The translations under genes and the position numbers were made by a program. From Geosiphon pyriformis uo1 (lineage: Eukaryota; Fungi; Glomeromycota), in assembly GCA_016748015.1 (NCBI GenBank), contig JAAOMT010000494.1:922190-986189 (forward strand): a stretch of DNA of 64,000 bases, in the 5' to 3' direction. The notes under the pieces were generated by a model, which worked only from the letters and a program-made list of their open reading frames with translations, did no database searches and was not told the DNA's origin. Positions 1 through 11,259 of the stretch are shown here, piece after piece (position 1 is the first letter of the stretch; each line of letters begins with the position of its first letter).

Positions 1-90
1 AAAACAAAAACAAAAAAACTTTTTTTTTAAAAAATGTTTTTTGAAAAATTTTGAACATAAAAAAAAAAATTTTATATTTATTTTATTTTA
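1..90 (-). mobile_element. Probable 5' UTR end of another LINE copy
   Basis: Similar to 61915-62010, just upstream of the LINE ORF1. Confidence 0.5.
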
Positions 91-124
91 TTAATTTTAA
101 CAATATAAATAAAAAAAATATGAA

Positions 125-530
125 AAATATAAATATTAATAAGTAATTTATTATTTACAGATATTTAAATATTTAAAAATATAAATATTGTTTTTATTAC
201 TTTGATTTTATCATGTTTTTTTATAGTTAAAAAATTTATTATTTATATAATTACTTAAAATAATTGATAATTAAATTATTAATTAAGTTAACAATTAAGT
301 TAATAATTAAATTAATAGTTAAATTAATAATTATTATTTAAAAATAATATAGCTAATTATTAGCTAATATATATAATAATTAATGATTTTTAATTATAAT
401 ATTATTTTTTAAAAAAAATTAAAATTAAGCAATTTATAAATATTTTAATTAAAAAGTTTTAATTTAAAATTAACTAATTTAATAAAGTTTTTTATGAATA
501 AAATATATAAAATTTAAAATAAGATAAATT
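125..530. repeat. Unidentified AT-rich repeat X, second copy at ~56482-56935
   Basis: Colinear blocks shared by both copies, e.g. aaatattttaattaaaaa...aactaattt...taaagttttttat. Confidence 0.6.
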
Positions 531-583
531 TTTATTATTAAGTTTTAATAAAATATGTTCAAATATAATTTAATATAATATAT

Positions 584-2798
584 TATTACAAATAAACTTG
601 GTAAAATATAATAGTAATATTTGGTGCTCTATATTTGAGTAAAAAAGCTTGAGAATTTTTTTTGTTTGCTATAAGCAACAGATCAAAGTAATTAGTCTTT
701 AAAAATTTTTAATATATGTAAATTTATCTATAGAATTCTTTAGTTATAAGACACAAAAATATGGTTTAACTGTTTACAGTTAAATGTATATGAGCTATCT
801 TTTTTAAACTAGTCAAGTACAACTGTTAAGATTTAATATTATTTTTCTATCAGAAAAAAAATAAAAATAAAAATAAAAATAAAAATAAAAAAAATTAGTG
901 TTATTAATTATTATAATCAAGAATAATTAGTTTAAGTCATTAAAATTTTGAAGGTGTTTAAGAAAATAAGTTTTTATTTTCTGTTTGTTTTTTTTTATTT
1001 GCTAAAACTATTTATTTTTATACATATTTTTTAGTTTTACAAGATTGTTTTTAATTATTTATTATTATTAACTATTATTTATTATTTTAGTTATTGTTTT
1101 ATTCTTTTATATTATAATTAGTTATCTTATATTATGACTAATTATTTTGTGCTATTTTACATTATTGTGTATTATCTTACATTATTTTGAGTTATTATGT
1201 ATTATTATGTATTATTTTGTATTATAATAATTTTTTTATATTATCATTTTTTAATCATGTTTTTTTAATAATTTTTGAATTGGCTTTTTTACTTAAGTAA
1301 TATTATTTTTTTCTTTTAAAATTAAGCTTTTATAAAATTGTATATATCTGTAAAAATTGTTTTTTCAGTATAATATTTAGTTGTTATATTAAGTATTGCT
1401 TTTTGTAGGTTTTCAAATTGTGAATTTATTATTTGTTCTATGTTATTAATTGTAATAATTTTTAGTAAATTGTTTAATAGTATAACTAAACAATATTTAA
1501 ATACTGAATACAGTTAATATATTGCTTTGTAGTGTAATGTTAAGTTGTTTTTTCCAATAAATTTTTTCACTTGTTTAAGAGTTTTTCTGTTGAATATTTG
1601 TTTGTTAGTATTTAAATATAGTGTTTTTAGGTTTAGTCTTTTGCCAATTTTAAAGAATTAATATATTAGTAGAAGTTTTTTTTTCCATTTTTTGGAGATT
1701 TTTGGTATTTACTCTTCTGTTATTAGTTTCATAATTAGCCTACTTAAAGCTTTTTTAATTTTATTAAGCATATATAACTATATATCTTTTTTTTTCTCTC
1801 TTAATTAGTTGTAGAAATAAGAACACTTAATTTTTATTAAACTTTTGTCTATCTTTTTTTTGCTTATATTTTTGTATTATATATATTTTTTATTAATTGT
1901 GATTTTTATTGATGTTGTAAATTGTTAAATTGTTTCAAATAGTTGTTATAAAAGTTTTAAGATTTTGTTTAAAAAGTTCATATTAAGAGTGTTTTTAACT
2001 TTTTTTTATATTTTTGGTATTTATATACTTATTTTATGTGGTTTAAATTGTTATACATAAATTGTGTTTGATGATAATAATTAATTTTAGATATTATGAT
2101 ATATTTTCCAGTCTGATTAATAAAATTTGTGTTTCTAATTAATATATAAATAACAATAATTTTTGTATTATGTGATAAATTTTTAGATAATTTTTATATA
2201 CAGCTTTTTTTAAAATCCTGTTTTTTAATCATAGTTTATAAGCTCTATTGCTTAAAACTTTGTGTATATAGAATGATTTGTCCTATTTTGAATTAAATTT
2301 TCTATTTTACTGTTTTTTAGCTTTAGTACAATATAATAATACTTGGTTTTCAATCTTAAATTCAATTGATTGATTATATAAGTAATTATTATATCTTTTT
2401 TTCTGTTATTTTTAAACATTATTAATATTATTAGCTATTGTTTTATGATTGTTTTCTAATGTTTTTATGAGTTAATATGTTTTTTAATACAAAGTAGCTT
2501 CAAAATTTTCTTTAGTAATTGTTTTGGTTGGGAAAATAAATAATTTTTGTTCAATAAATATTGTAGTTTTTTTATAAATTAATTTAAATAGTGTAAATTA
2601 AATAATATTTTGCTTCAATATTTGGTATATTAATAATACTAAAAATATAAATAAGTCCTATTTTTGTGTATTTTTGTAACTTATTTTTGCTAATGCTTTA
2701 TACAATGTTTAATTGAATTATTCTACCAGTTTGTTTGTTTAAAAGTAATATGGTAGTAATAATAGTTGTTTTAGTTTAAATTGTTGTCTTAGTTTAGT
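584..2798 (-). mobile_element. Element G: heavily decayed 3' fragment (integrase C-terminal half, ORF3, PPT, B-like 3' LTR at 584-1302)
   Basis: LTR ends align to the B LTR ends. PPT remnant at 1303-1319. Integrase remnant colinear with B 9900-10620. Confidence 0.78.
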
Positions 2799-5223
2799 AG
2801 TGCTGGAGTTCCATAGTTTTTTTTAGCTGGACTTAAGTTTCTACTGGCATAAGCCACTGGATGTTCTCTTCTATCTGGTTCTCTCTGTGATAGTACTGCT
2901 CCCAATGCTTGGCCTGATGTATTAGTGAGGATGATAAATAATTTGCTGTGGTCTGGATAGATTAATACTGGAGCTTGAATAAGTTTTCTTCTTAGTGTAT
3001 TAAAGGCTTTTTGTTGGATTTCAGTTCACTTGTATTTGGTGTTCTTTGTTTGGAGTTGGTGTAGTGGTTAAGCTATTTTGGAAAAGTCTTTGATAAAGCA
3101 GCAGTAGTATCCAGCAAATCTCAAAAATGCTCTTAATTCTGTGAGATTATTTGGTACTGGAAAGTTCTTAATAATTTCTATCTTATCTAGATCTGTTTTA
3201 ATATTATCTTTGCTCATAATATGTTCCAAAAACTTGAGTTTTATTTTTTTAAAGAAGTATTTGTTTGTATTTAATTTCAATCCTACTTGTTTGAGTTTTT
3301 CAAATACTTGTTGGAGATAATACAGATGATCATCAAATGTTTTTGAGAATATATTGGTGTCATCCAAGTATACGACTACTGATTTCTATAGTAGTCTTAT
3401 ATAAACAATTTCCATAAGTTGTTAGAAAGTGGCTGAAGCATTCATCAAGCCAAATGGCATAACTTCGAATTTGAAATTTTCTTCTCATGTTGTGAACACT
3501 CTTTTCTTTTTATTTTCCAGTTTTATAGCTACCTGTTACTAACTATTGTTTAAGTCTAATGTTGAGAACTATTTCTTTCTTCCAAAAGCATTGAAAAGTT
3601 CTTGGATCTTTGGAGTTGGGTAGCTATCTCTTTTTGTTACTCCATTCAGTTTCTGGTAATCCACACAAAAGCAGATTTTTCCATTCTTCTTATGGACTAA
3701 TACCACTGGTAATGAACATGAGCTCATTGATGGCTGAATTAGTCTATTGTCAAGCATTCAGTTGATTTCTTGACGAATGATTTCATGGCTGGCTGGTGGT
3801 ACTCTGTATGCTTTTTGTTTAATTGGTATTGCATCTCCAGTTTTGATTTGATATTGAATGATGTCAGTTCTACCAAATTCATTTTCACTGGCAAAGATGT
3901 CATTGAAGTTGTTGAATAACATCTTAAGCTGCATACATTGAAGTGAGTCTAAGTTTCCCAAATTCATCCCAATTGTTTTGTTTAGAGTAGATAACATTTT
4001 TTTTGTCCATAGATGATTTGTAATGTGATGTTCACATATCCATATAGTTGTGGAAATTCTGAAATGGTGTTTGAAAGTTGATCTTCAATTTTGGTAGTTA
4101 AGTATCCAATGGTGATTTCTTCTGGTATTTCAATAATATCTTCTGTGTTGTTATAAATGAGAATTTTGATGTGTTTGTAGTTTTTTTGCTGGTATGTGTA
4201 GATTAACTAATCCAATCTTTTCTAATTCACAAAGTGTTGTTTTTGCCTCAAAAATTTGTACCTGATCCTTTACTTTTTTCTCTATAGTTACCATATACTG
4301 GTTATATGGTAGAATGTAAATTGGTTGGTGGGTAGAGATAATTTCTCTCTTGTTAACAACTTCTTCTTCTGCTATATTGACTGGTATTTCTATTCTATTT
4401 GTTGATCCAAATTCTTGTATCCCTCTTGCTGTTATCTCTAACTCTTCCCTGTTTCTTACTGATAGTAATTGAGCTATTTTTATCAAAGACAGGAATATTG
4501 TCTGTGTTATCTTTTCATTTGGCTCTATGATATAGGCCTTTTCTGAGTCATTTTATAGCATAGCAATAATATTTATTACATATTCTGTGTCAATTATTTC
4601 TTCTCTGATATTAACTCTTTTTTTTGCTAAACTACTCCTAGATGCTAATTAAACCATTGTTGTTGCTAAAATTTCAAGTGCTATTTTAAGATCAATGCAG
4701 ATACACAAGTGTGGTTCCAATTTGATAGCATTTTTTTCTAAATATCTCAGATCAAACTCTGTATCAGTATTATGAACATGTTCTGACATAATATCTTCAT
4801 TATTGTCACTAAATCATTTCAGTTTCTGGTTTTTGGTGAGATCAAAAAAGACAATATATTGTTCTGAGTATGAATCAGAGTTTGAATTATTATTATTGTT
4901 GTAATTTCAAATAGAACTAAAATCAGTGTTATTGTCATCTTCATTGCTAGAGTTTGAATTGGAATTGAAAATTGATTCTGATTTTGATGCACAGTTGCTG
5001 ATTGGTTCTTTTTTCTCTAGAATTATGTAGATTATGCTGATTGGTAGATTGTAAATAAGGTTATACTCATTACAATATTGAAAGTTATATGGGATCAAAC
5101 AGTGGTTACATAATTGGGTGTTTATCTCTTCTAAGCATTGTTTTTGCTTCTTTCTTGTTGGTGCCAAATTTTGGTAATGCTTATAAAATTTCTTTGGGCT
5201 TGTCTCAATATTCAAGAAGATGT
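2798..5223 (-). pseudogene. A dUTPase, RT and partial RNase H
   Basis: RGIQEFGST (~4410), PVVLVHKKNGK, YLDDTNIF (~3360), LTNTSGQALGAVLSQ. Confidence 0.88.
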
Positions 5224-6074
5224 TGTTACTTATAGAATATAGGAAGTATATATTAACATAAATTAGCCAATTAGAAGTAACTATAGTAAATATGGAATTC
5301 CAAGATTTTTCTCAGAGGAATTGTAGAATTCCAGGAATTTCAGAATTCTCATACAAGGAATTGCAGGATTCCAGAATTCCAGGATTCTTTTCAAAGAAAT
5401 TGGAGAATTCCAGAAATTCCAGGATTCCTGGTGTGAAAAATTGAAGAATTGAGAAATTTCAATTCTGTATATATAGTAGTAGTATTAGAAATAAAAAAGA
5501 CAGACCTCTTAGTTTAAATATTAATCTAAGCAACTTTCCAATTCACAAATATTAATAAATACTTATTTGATATTTCAATCCACTCTTTATTATTAATACT
5601 TCATGTTGATAGTTTCAAATACTTGACCACACTGGAAAAATAGCTCTTGATCACAGCTATTGACGAGATACTAATAATCATTGTCTTGGCTTATTTTTTT
5701 TATTTTTTTTTATTTTTTTCTGTTGTTATTTCTTTTGTTCTACTAACTGAATTAAAAAGATTCATGCACAGAGATACTGACATTAGGATATAGCACTGGT
5801 AAAAGACCCAGGAATAAGGGTAGACACTTGGAATTAAGGATAGCTTACCAGGAAGATTACTAGCCATCATGTTAAGAAAAAAATTGACAAAACTGGGGTT
5901 TTGGGAAGCTACAGATAAAAACAACCAATTACATCTCTGTTTATTATATAAAAAACTCCATAACAAAACCTTCAGATCAACAAAACTTTCAGATATCAAC
6001 ATACTAGAATACCAATCAAGCACCAAGTTATGGGTTGTTATTTGCTTTGAGACCCCAAATAATCACTTGTAATA
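5224..6074 (+). repeat. 5' LTR of C
   Basis: Colinear with 25482-26331. GGAATTCC-type array at ~5293-5465, TATA at ~5468. Confidence 0.93.
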
Positions 6075-6136
6075 TTTAATGCTCTCTGTGAGGTATAATC
6101 CTACAGAGAACTAGCACCAACAACAATTATTCAAAA

Positions 6137-8010
6137 GTGGCAGAACCAGAAAACATAGGAACAAACCATTTAGGATTCACCAAATCTTTGTTCCAATAGT
6201 ATAGCCAACAACTAGAATTAAACAACAACTATTATCTAGCAGAATCCACTTTCAACTTTTATGTCAATAAAAAGATCACAGATTGTTTAGGAAGAACAGT
6301 TGACATCAAATCAGCAAGAAAAAACTTCTATACAGAATTATTTCAACACACCAGCTTACCAAGAAATCACAGTTTCATCCCAATTATCAGAGAAATTAAT
6401 TAAACCATTGAAAGATACACACAACAATAATTTTCAATCACCTATGCAGACAAAGGAAAGGAAAGACTGCAAACACCAACAGCAACACCAAAAGAGATCC
6501 AACCATCCACTTAGAAGAAAACCAGAGTTGAATCACCAACAAATCCATCATACTACTATACACCCAGAAGTGCTATTAATATCTTATCAACAGGTGCATT
6601 CACATCAAATGCGACATCAACATTTGGATAACTTCTATTTCAAAGTAAACAAAAGAAAGCAGAGTTATTAGGGACCTATGGCAATTATTTTGAAGGATTT
6701 AAATTGCAATCAACTACCTCATTAAAATACTGATTACCACCACCTTCACCAGATTTTGGAACAACTAACCCATGAAAGGTAATGAAATCAGAAGAAGAGG
6801 AAGAAGAAAAAGCTGAAGATCAAGAATTTACTTACCAAAACCCAATTCCAAAAAACCTGGACATTAAAACCCCAAACTTTCAAACTCAGCAAAATCCAAA
6901 TTTAAAAAATCTGAAAGTTGAAACTCTGAATATTCAACTACCACAAAATTAGAATAATCCAAACCCTGAATTAATTAATCAATCAAATGTACCTTCAATA
7001 ATTGTTATCAATCAGCTACTGATTAATCCAATAACTGAGTCTCTACAACTAAATCAACAAATTCAATGATCCTTTCAACAACCACAACTGCTGCAACAAC
7101 TACTTCAACAACAAAACATGAATCTAATGGCCTACACTCCAATCACCAAACTCAAGAAATTCACTGGCAAAAAAGATGATGCCCAAGCATAGATAAACGA
7201 CATTGCCAAAGCCATTACTGCTAATAACTGGGATGATAACAGAGTCCTTCAAGTGATTCTTTACTTTCTCTAAAATACTGCTAATTCATAATATCAGAGT
7301 CTAGCAGCCAGATCACAAACTTTTTAGGAATTCAAACTTGAATTCTTGAGATATTTTAGTAATAATAATAGCATTAATTGCTTGGCCAATATTTTCATCA
7401 TCATCAAACAGAAAGATACTGAAGCAGTTACCACTTACTTGGGACACTTCTAGCAAAATCTGTGCCAAATTCAAGTGATTGATGCCAACTATTTCACAAA
7501 GCCACAAATCTTGAATTAGTTCATCCATGGTCTGTGCAGTAGCATCCTACAACACATATGTTCATTACATGCAGCCACTCTTCAAGACACAGTCACATGC
7601 ACCAGAAACTTTGAATCAGCTAAGTTAGAAGCCAACCACGCCCAAGCCATAAATCTAGTAATAAATGAATTATCTAAATTGGATTCTAAATTAAAACAAT
7701 TCAGTAATTCAATTAATCAAAAACTAGAGAAATACTTAGCTAGTAATAATCAGGTAATTTATCAACCTCCACAATGATGCAGTAACCAAGAAAATGCAAA
7801 TAATTTCCAATATTAGTTATGACTATCATCATCCAATTAGTCATGGCAGCCAGAAACGCATGTTTGTCACAACTGTGAAAGACAAAGCCATCTAAAAATT
7901 GACTGCCAATCTAATAATAATAACCAACAATTAAGAAATCAATACAAAAACTCCAATTGCTGGTTTCAAACTCTAAATTCTTACTCAAACCAAAATCAAT
8001 ATCAACTCAC
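6137..8010 (+). pseudogene. C gag, 5' part
   Basis: MAYTPITKLKKFTG capsid start (~7128). Zn knuckle CHNCERQSHLKIDC (~7865-7906). Confidence 0.85.
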
Positions 8011-9049
8011 TATTATGAGTAAACTTGGTGGGGTATAAAAATAGTAACATTTGGTGCTTTCAATAATTGGTAATACATCTTTGGCATAATTCTATTGGCT
8101 TATTCTTGATTATTAGTCTCTGAAAGTCTTATTTTACTGGTTGTGAATTTACTCATTAAGTTTTTTGGTTATAAAGCACAGAGTTTTGGTTCTCACTGAT
8201 TGCAACTTCTTATAAAGGTAAGCTTTCTTCTCCGAGCTAATAAGCATAGTCATTAGAATCTGGCATTGTTTTTTCACCCTTCTGGTAAGCTATTAAGATA
8301 ATGTTAATATCTAAAACCTAGAGAAAGCTTTCCTTTTTTACCAGGCTATCATAAAGTCTATTCCCAGACAGTCAATTTTATTATGTTGCTGCTCCTCAAG
8401 AGAAAAAATAAAAAAAGAGAAAGAAAATAAAAGCAAAAAAAGAAAGAAAAAAAAATAAAAAATAAATTTGTATTGTCAATCACCATGATCAAGAGTGATT
8501 GGTCAGAAAATTGTTAATAGTTTAAGGTAGTTATGCTAAGAGCATCTGTCCTGAAATGAAGGTACGAAACAATAGTTAATTCATGTAAATTCCACAAAGT
8601 TTAAGAACATAAATTTGTGATTCTGATTTCTTAATAATTGATTTATTTCAGAAAATGAATATGAAATATAATTGATGAAAGGGTATGAAAATTTGATTTT
8701 TGTCTAATAATTCATATCTATTTGTCTTTCTACCTACTACAACTATTCGCTTTTATACTTTTTTTTGGTTTTACAGGATTGTTTCTGATTGTTTCATTAT
8801 TGCTAACTATTGTTTTTTTATTTCTGTTATTGCTTTGCTTTTCTACGTTATTACTAGTTATCTTATGTTATAACACATTATTTGGTGTTATTATATGTTA
8901 TTCTGTGTTATTCTGCGTTATAATGTATTATCCTGCACTATCCTAAGTTATAATATATTATTCAACATTATTGCGCATTATTTTGTGCTATGTCACATTC
9001 TGGTCACATTACTTCCTAATTTCAGATCAGTTTTTCTATTCAGGTAACA
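8011..9049 (-). repeat. 3' LTR of B (~1040 bp)
   Basis: Colinear with 17975-18997. Confidence 0.93.
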
Positions 9050-9063
9050 TTATCCCTCTCTTT

Positions 9064-9801
9064 TTAGAATTAAGCTTCTGCAAAATCATATGTATCTGTT
9101 CCTATGTCTCTGTTTGTATAATGTTCAATGGTTGTATTGAGCATTGTTTTTTGTAGGTCTTCAAACTATCAATTGGTAATTTGTTCTATGTTGTTAACTG
9201 TTATTGTTTTTATAGATCCATACAACAGTATGTTTAGACAATATTGGAAAGTGGCATATAGTTGGTATGCTGCTTTGTAATGTAGAGTCAAGTTGTTTTT
9301 TTCTATGAATTTTTCTACTTGTTGTATTGCTTTTTTGTTGAAAGTTTTCTGGCTGAAGTCTCCATATGGCGTCTTTAAGTCTAATTGTTCACCTACTTTG
9401 TAGAATCAATAAGCTAGAGGAAGTCTTTTTTTCCATTCTTTCACATTGTCTGGTGTCTATTCCCCTGTTTCGGAAAGATCAATTCCATAAGCTAAAGCTT
9501 CTTTGATTTTTTCCAGCTTGGGAACCAAGTATCTTCTTTTATAAACTTTTTCTCATTCCTCCATGCTTTTTTTAAGTCCTACCCGAGATAATTTAATTCT
9601 TTTCTGTAAAATTTTTTTCTTAGGCAGGGTGTAAGGATAGAAACAGTTAGTTTTAGTTGAACTCACGCTCATTTTTTTCTTGCTCCTATCTTTATAGCAT
9701 ATTTCTTTTCTATCAATTGTCACTTCTATTTGAGCAGAAGATTGTTGAATTGTGTCAAATAGTTGTTTCAAGAGTTGTAGAATTTGATCTGACAAGTCTA
9801 T
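9064..9801 (-). pseudogene. B ORF3 (unknown)
   Basis: LSDQILQLLKQLF...FIEKNNLTLHYKAAYQLY...ITVNNIEQITN...; abuts the PPT. Confidence 0.75.
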
Positions 9802-9881
9802 ATTAAAAGTTCTATCATTTTTTGCTGTTTTTCAGATGCTATATATATTTGAATTCCCTAATTTAATTTGCTGCACATTGT

Positions 9882-11249
9882 CTACATTTCGATGATGATA
9901 ATTGGTTCCAGATCTCATGGTATATCTTCTGGTCTAATTAATAAAATTTGTGTTCTTAGCTGAGGTACTGATGATAATGATTCCTGTTTTGCATGATAAA
10001 TTTTTAACTGATTTTTATGTGCTACTTTCTTTAAAATCCTGTCTTTCAATCATAATTTGTAAGCTCCATTTCCTAAAGCTTCATGTATGTGGAATAGACT
10101 GTCTCACTTTGGGTCGAACTTTCTGCTCCATTGTTTTTCTGCTTTTGTATAATGTAACAGTACTTGGTTTCCAATCTTAAATTCTATTAGTTGTTCGAGT
10201 AGACGATCATCATGTCTTTCTTTTTGTTGTTCTTGAGCATTACTAATATTGTCAGCTGCTATTCTACAATTGTTTTCTAATGTTTCTATTAGCTGATACA
10301 TTTTTTGGTATAAGGTATCTTCAAAATTTTCTTCATTGATAGTTTCTGTTGAGTAGGATGCTATTTCTTGTTCAATAGATAACGTTGCTTTTCTTCTATA
10401 GACTAATTTGAATAGTGTAAACTGTGTTGTATTTTGCTTTTAATGTTTGATATGCAAAGAGTACTGAAGATATGAATAAGTCTCATTCTTGTTTATTTTC
10501 ATAACTTATTTTTACTAATGCTTCACATAATGTCCTGTTAAACTGTTCTACCAGTCCTTTTGTTTGTGAGTAATATGATGACGATAGAGGAGTTTTTATA
10601 CCAAAACATTGAATCAATTCAATTAACATAGTATTGACAAAATGTGTCTTTTGGTCCGACAACAGTTCTTTCGGGCATCTATGTCTGTATATTAAATCTT
10701 GGTGTACAAATTTGGCTACTGTTTTGACATTAGCTACTTGGATTGCTCTGGCTTTTGGCCATTTGTAAAGTAGTCTACAGCTACTATAATATAACAATTT
10801 TTTTTGAATGTAATTGAGAAAAGACCAACCAAATCGATATCAATTCTATCAAATAGATTTTTAACTGAAATGGGTTGAAGTGGTTCTGTTATTCTGGCTC
10901 CTTCTTTTCACTGGTATAAGTTACAACTGAGAACATATTTGAAAATATTCTTATATATCATAGGCCAATAGTATAGATTTGTTGTTTTTTCCAGAGTCAT
11001 GTCTTTGTTGAAGTATCTTGCAGTTGGATTGGAATGCATACTATATAATATAGCTTCTTTTTCACTGTCCTTGATTAATTGTTGTGGGGTGGTATGGTTT
11101 CATTATTCTTGACAATAGAGTTGGTCATTTTGAATAAAGTAATTTCGTGCTTGTTTCTATATAATATTTTGTTCCTGTTAAGATAATATCTCCTTGAAAC
11201 ATAGTGTCAATAGGTACTGATGTAATTGCTGATAAGTAAGTGTGTCCAT
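9882..11249 (-). pseudogene. B integrase ORF
   Basis: ATG 10 nt after the ORF1 stop (MDTLTYQQLHQYL). MHSNPTA, YYWP, IDIDLVG, LLSDQ, GLVEQFN, DLEPIIIIEM*. Confidence 0.88.
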
Positions 11250-11259
11250 GAGTCCAAGA

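Noticed and set aside
5293-5465. GGAATTCC repeats as a CRISPR array or canonical heat-shock elements
   Set aside because: No unique spacers or cas genes, and the context is a eukaryotic LTR. The GAA/TTC spacing mostly does not fit nGAAnnTTCn.
5869-6072. Short ORFs near LTR 3' ends (also 26141-26329 and 33625-33834)
   Set aside because: Non-ATG or inconsistent starts, closed at or near the LTR end, and no domain similarity. Treated as chance ORFs in U5.
8722-8946. Hydrophobic membrane-protein-like ORF (also 18655-18894)
   Set aside because: Antisense translation of the T-rich U3 repeat array of the B LTR. Not an Env.
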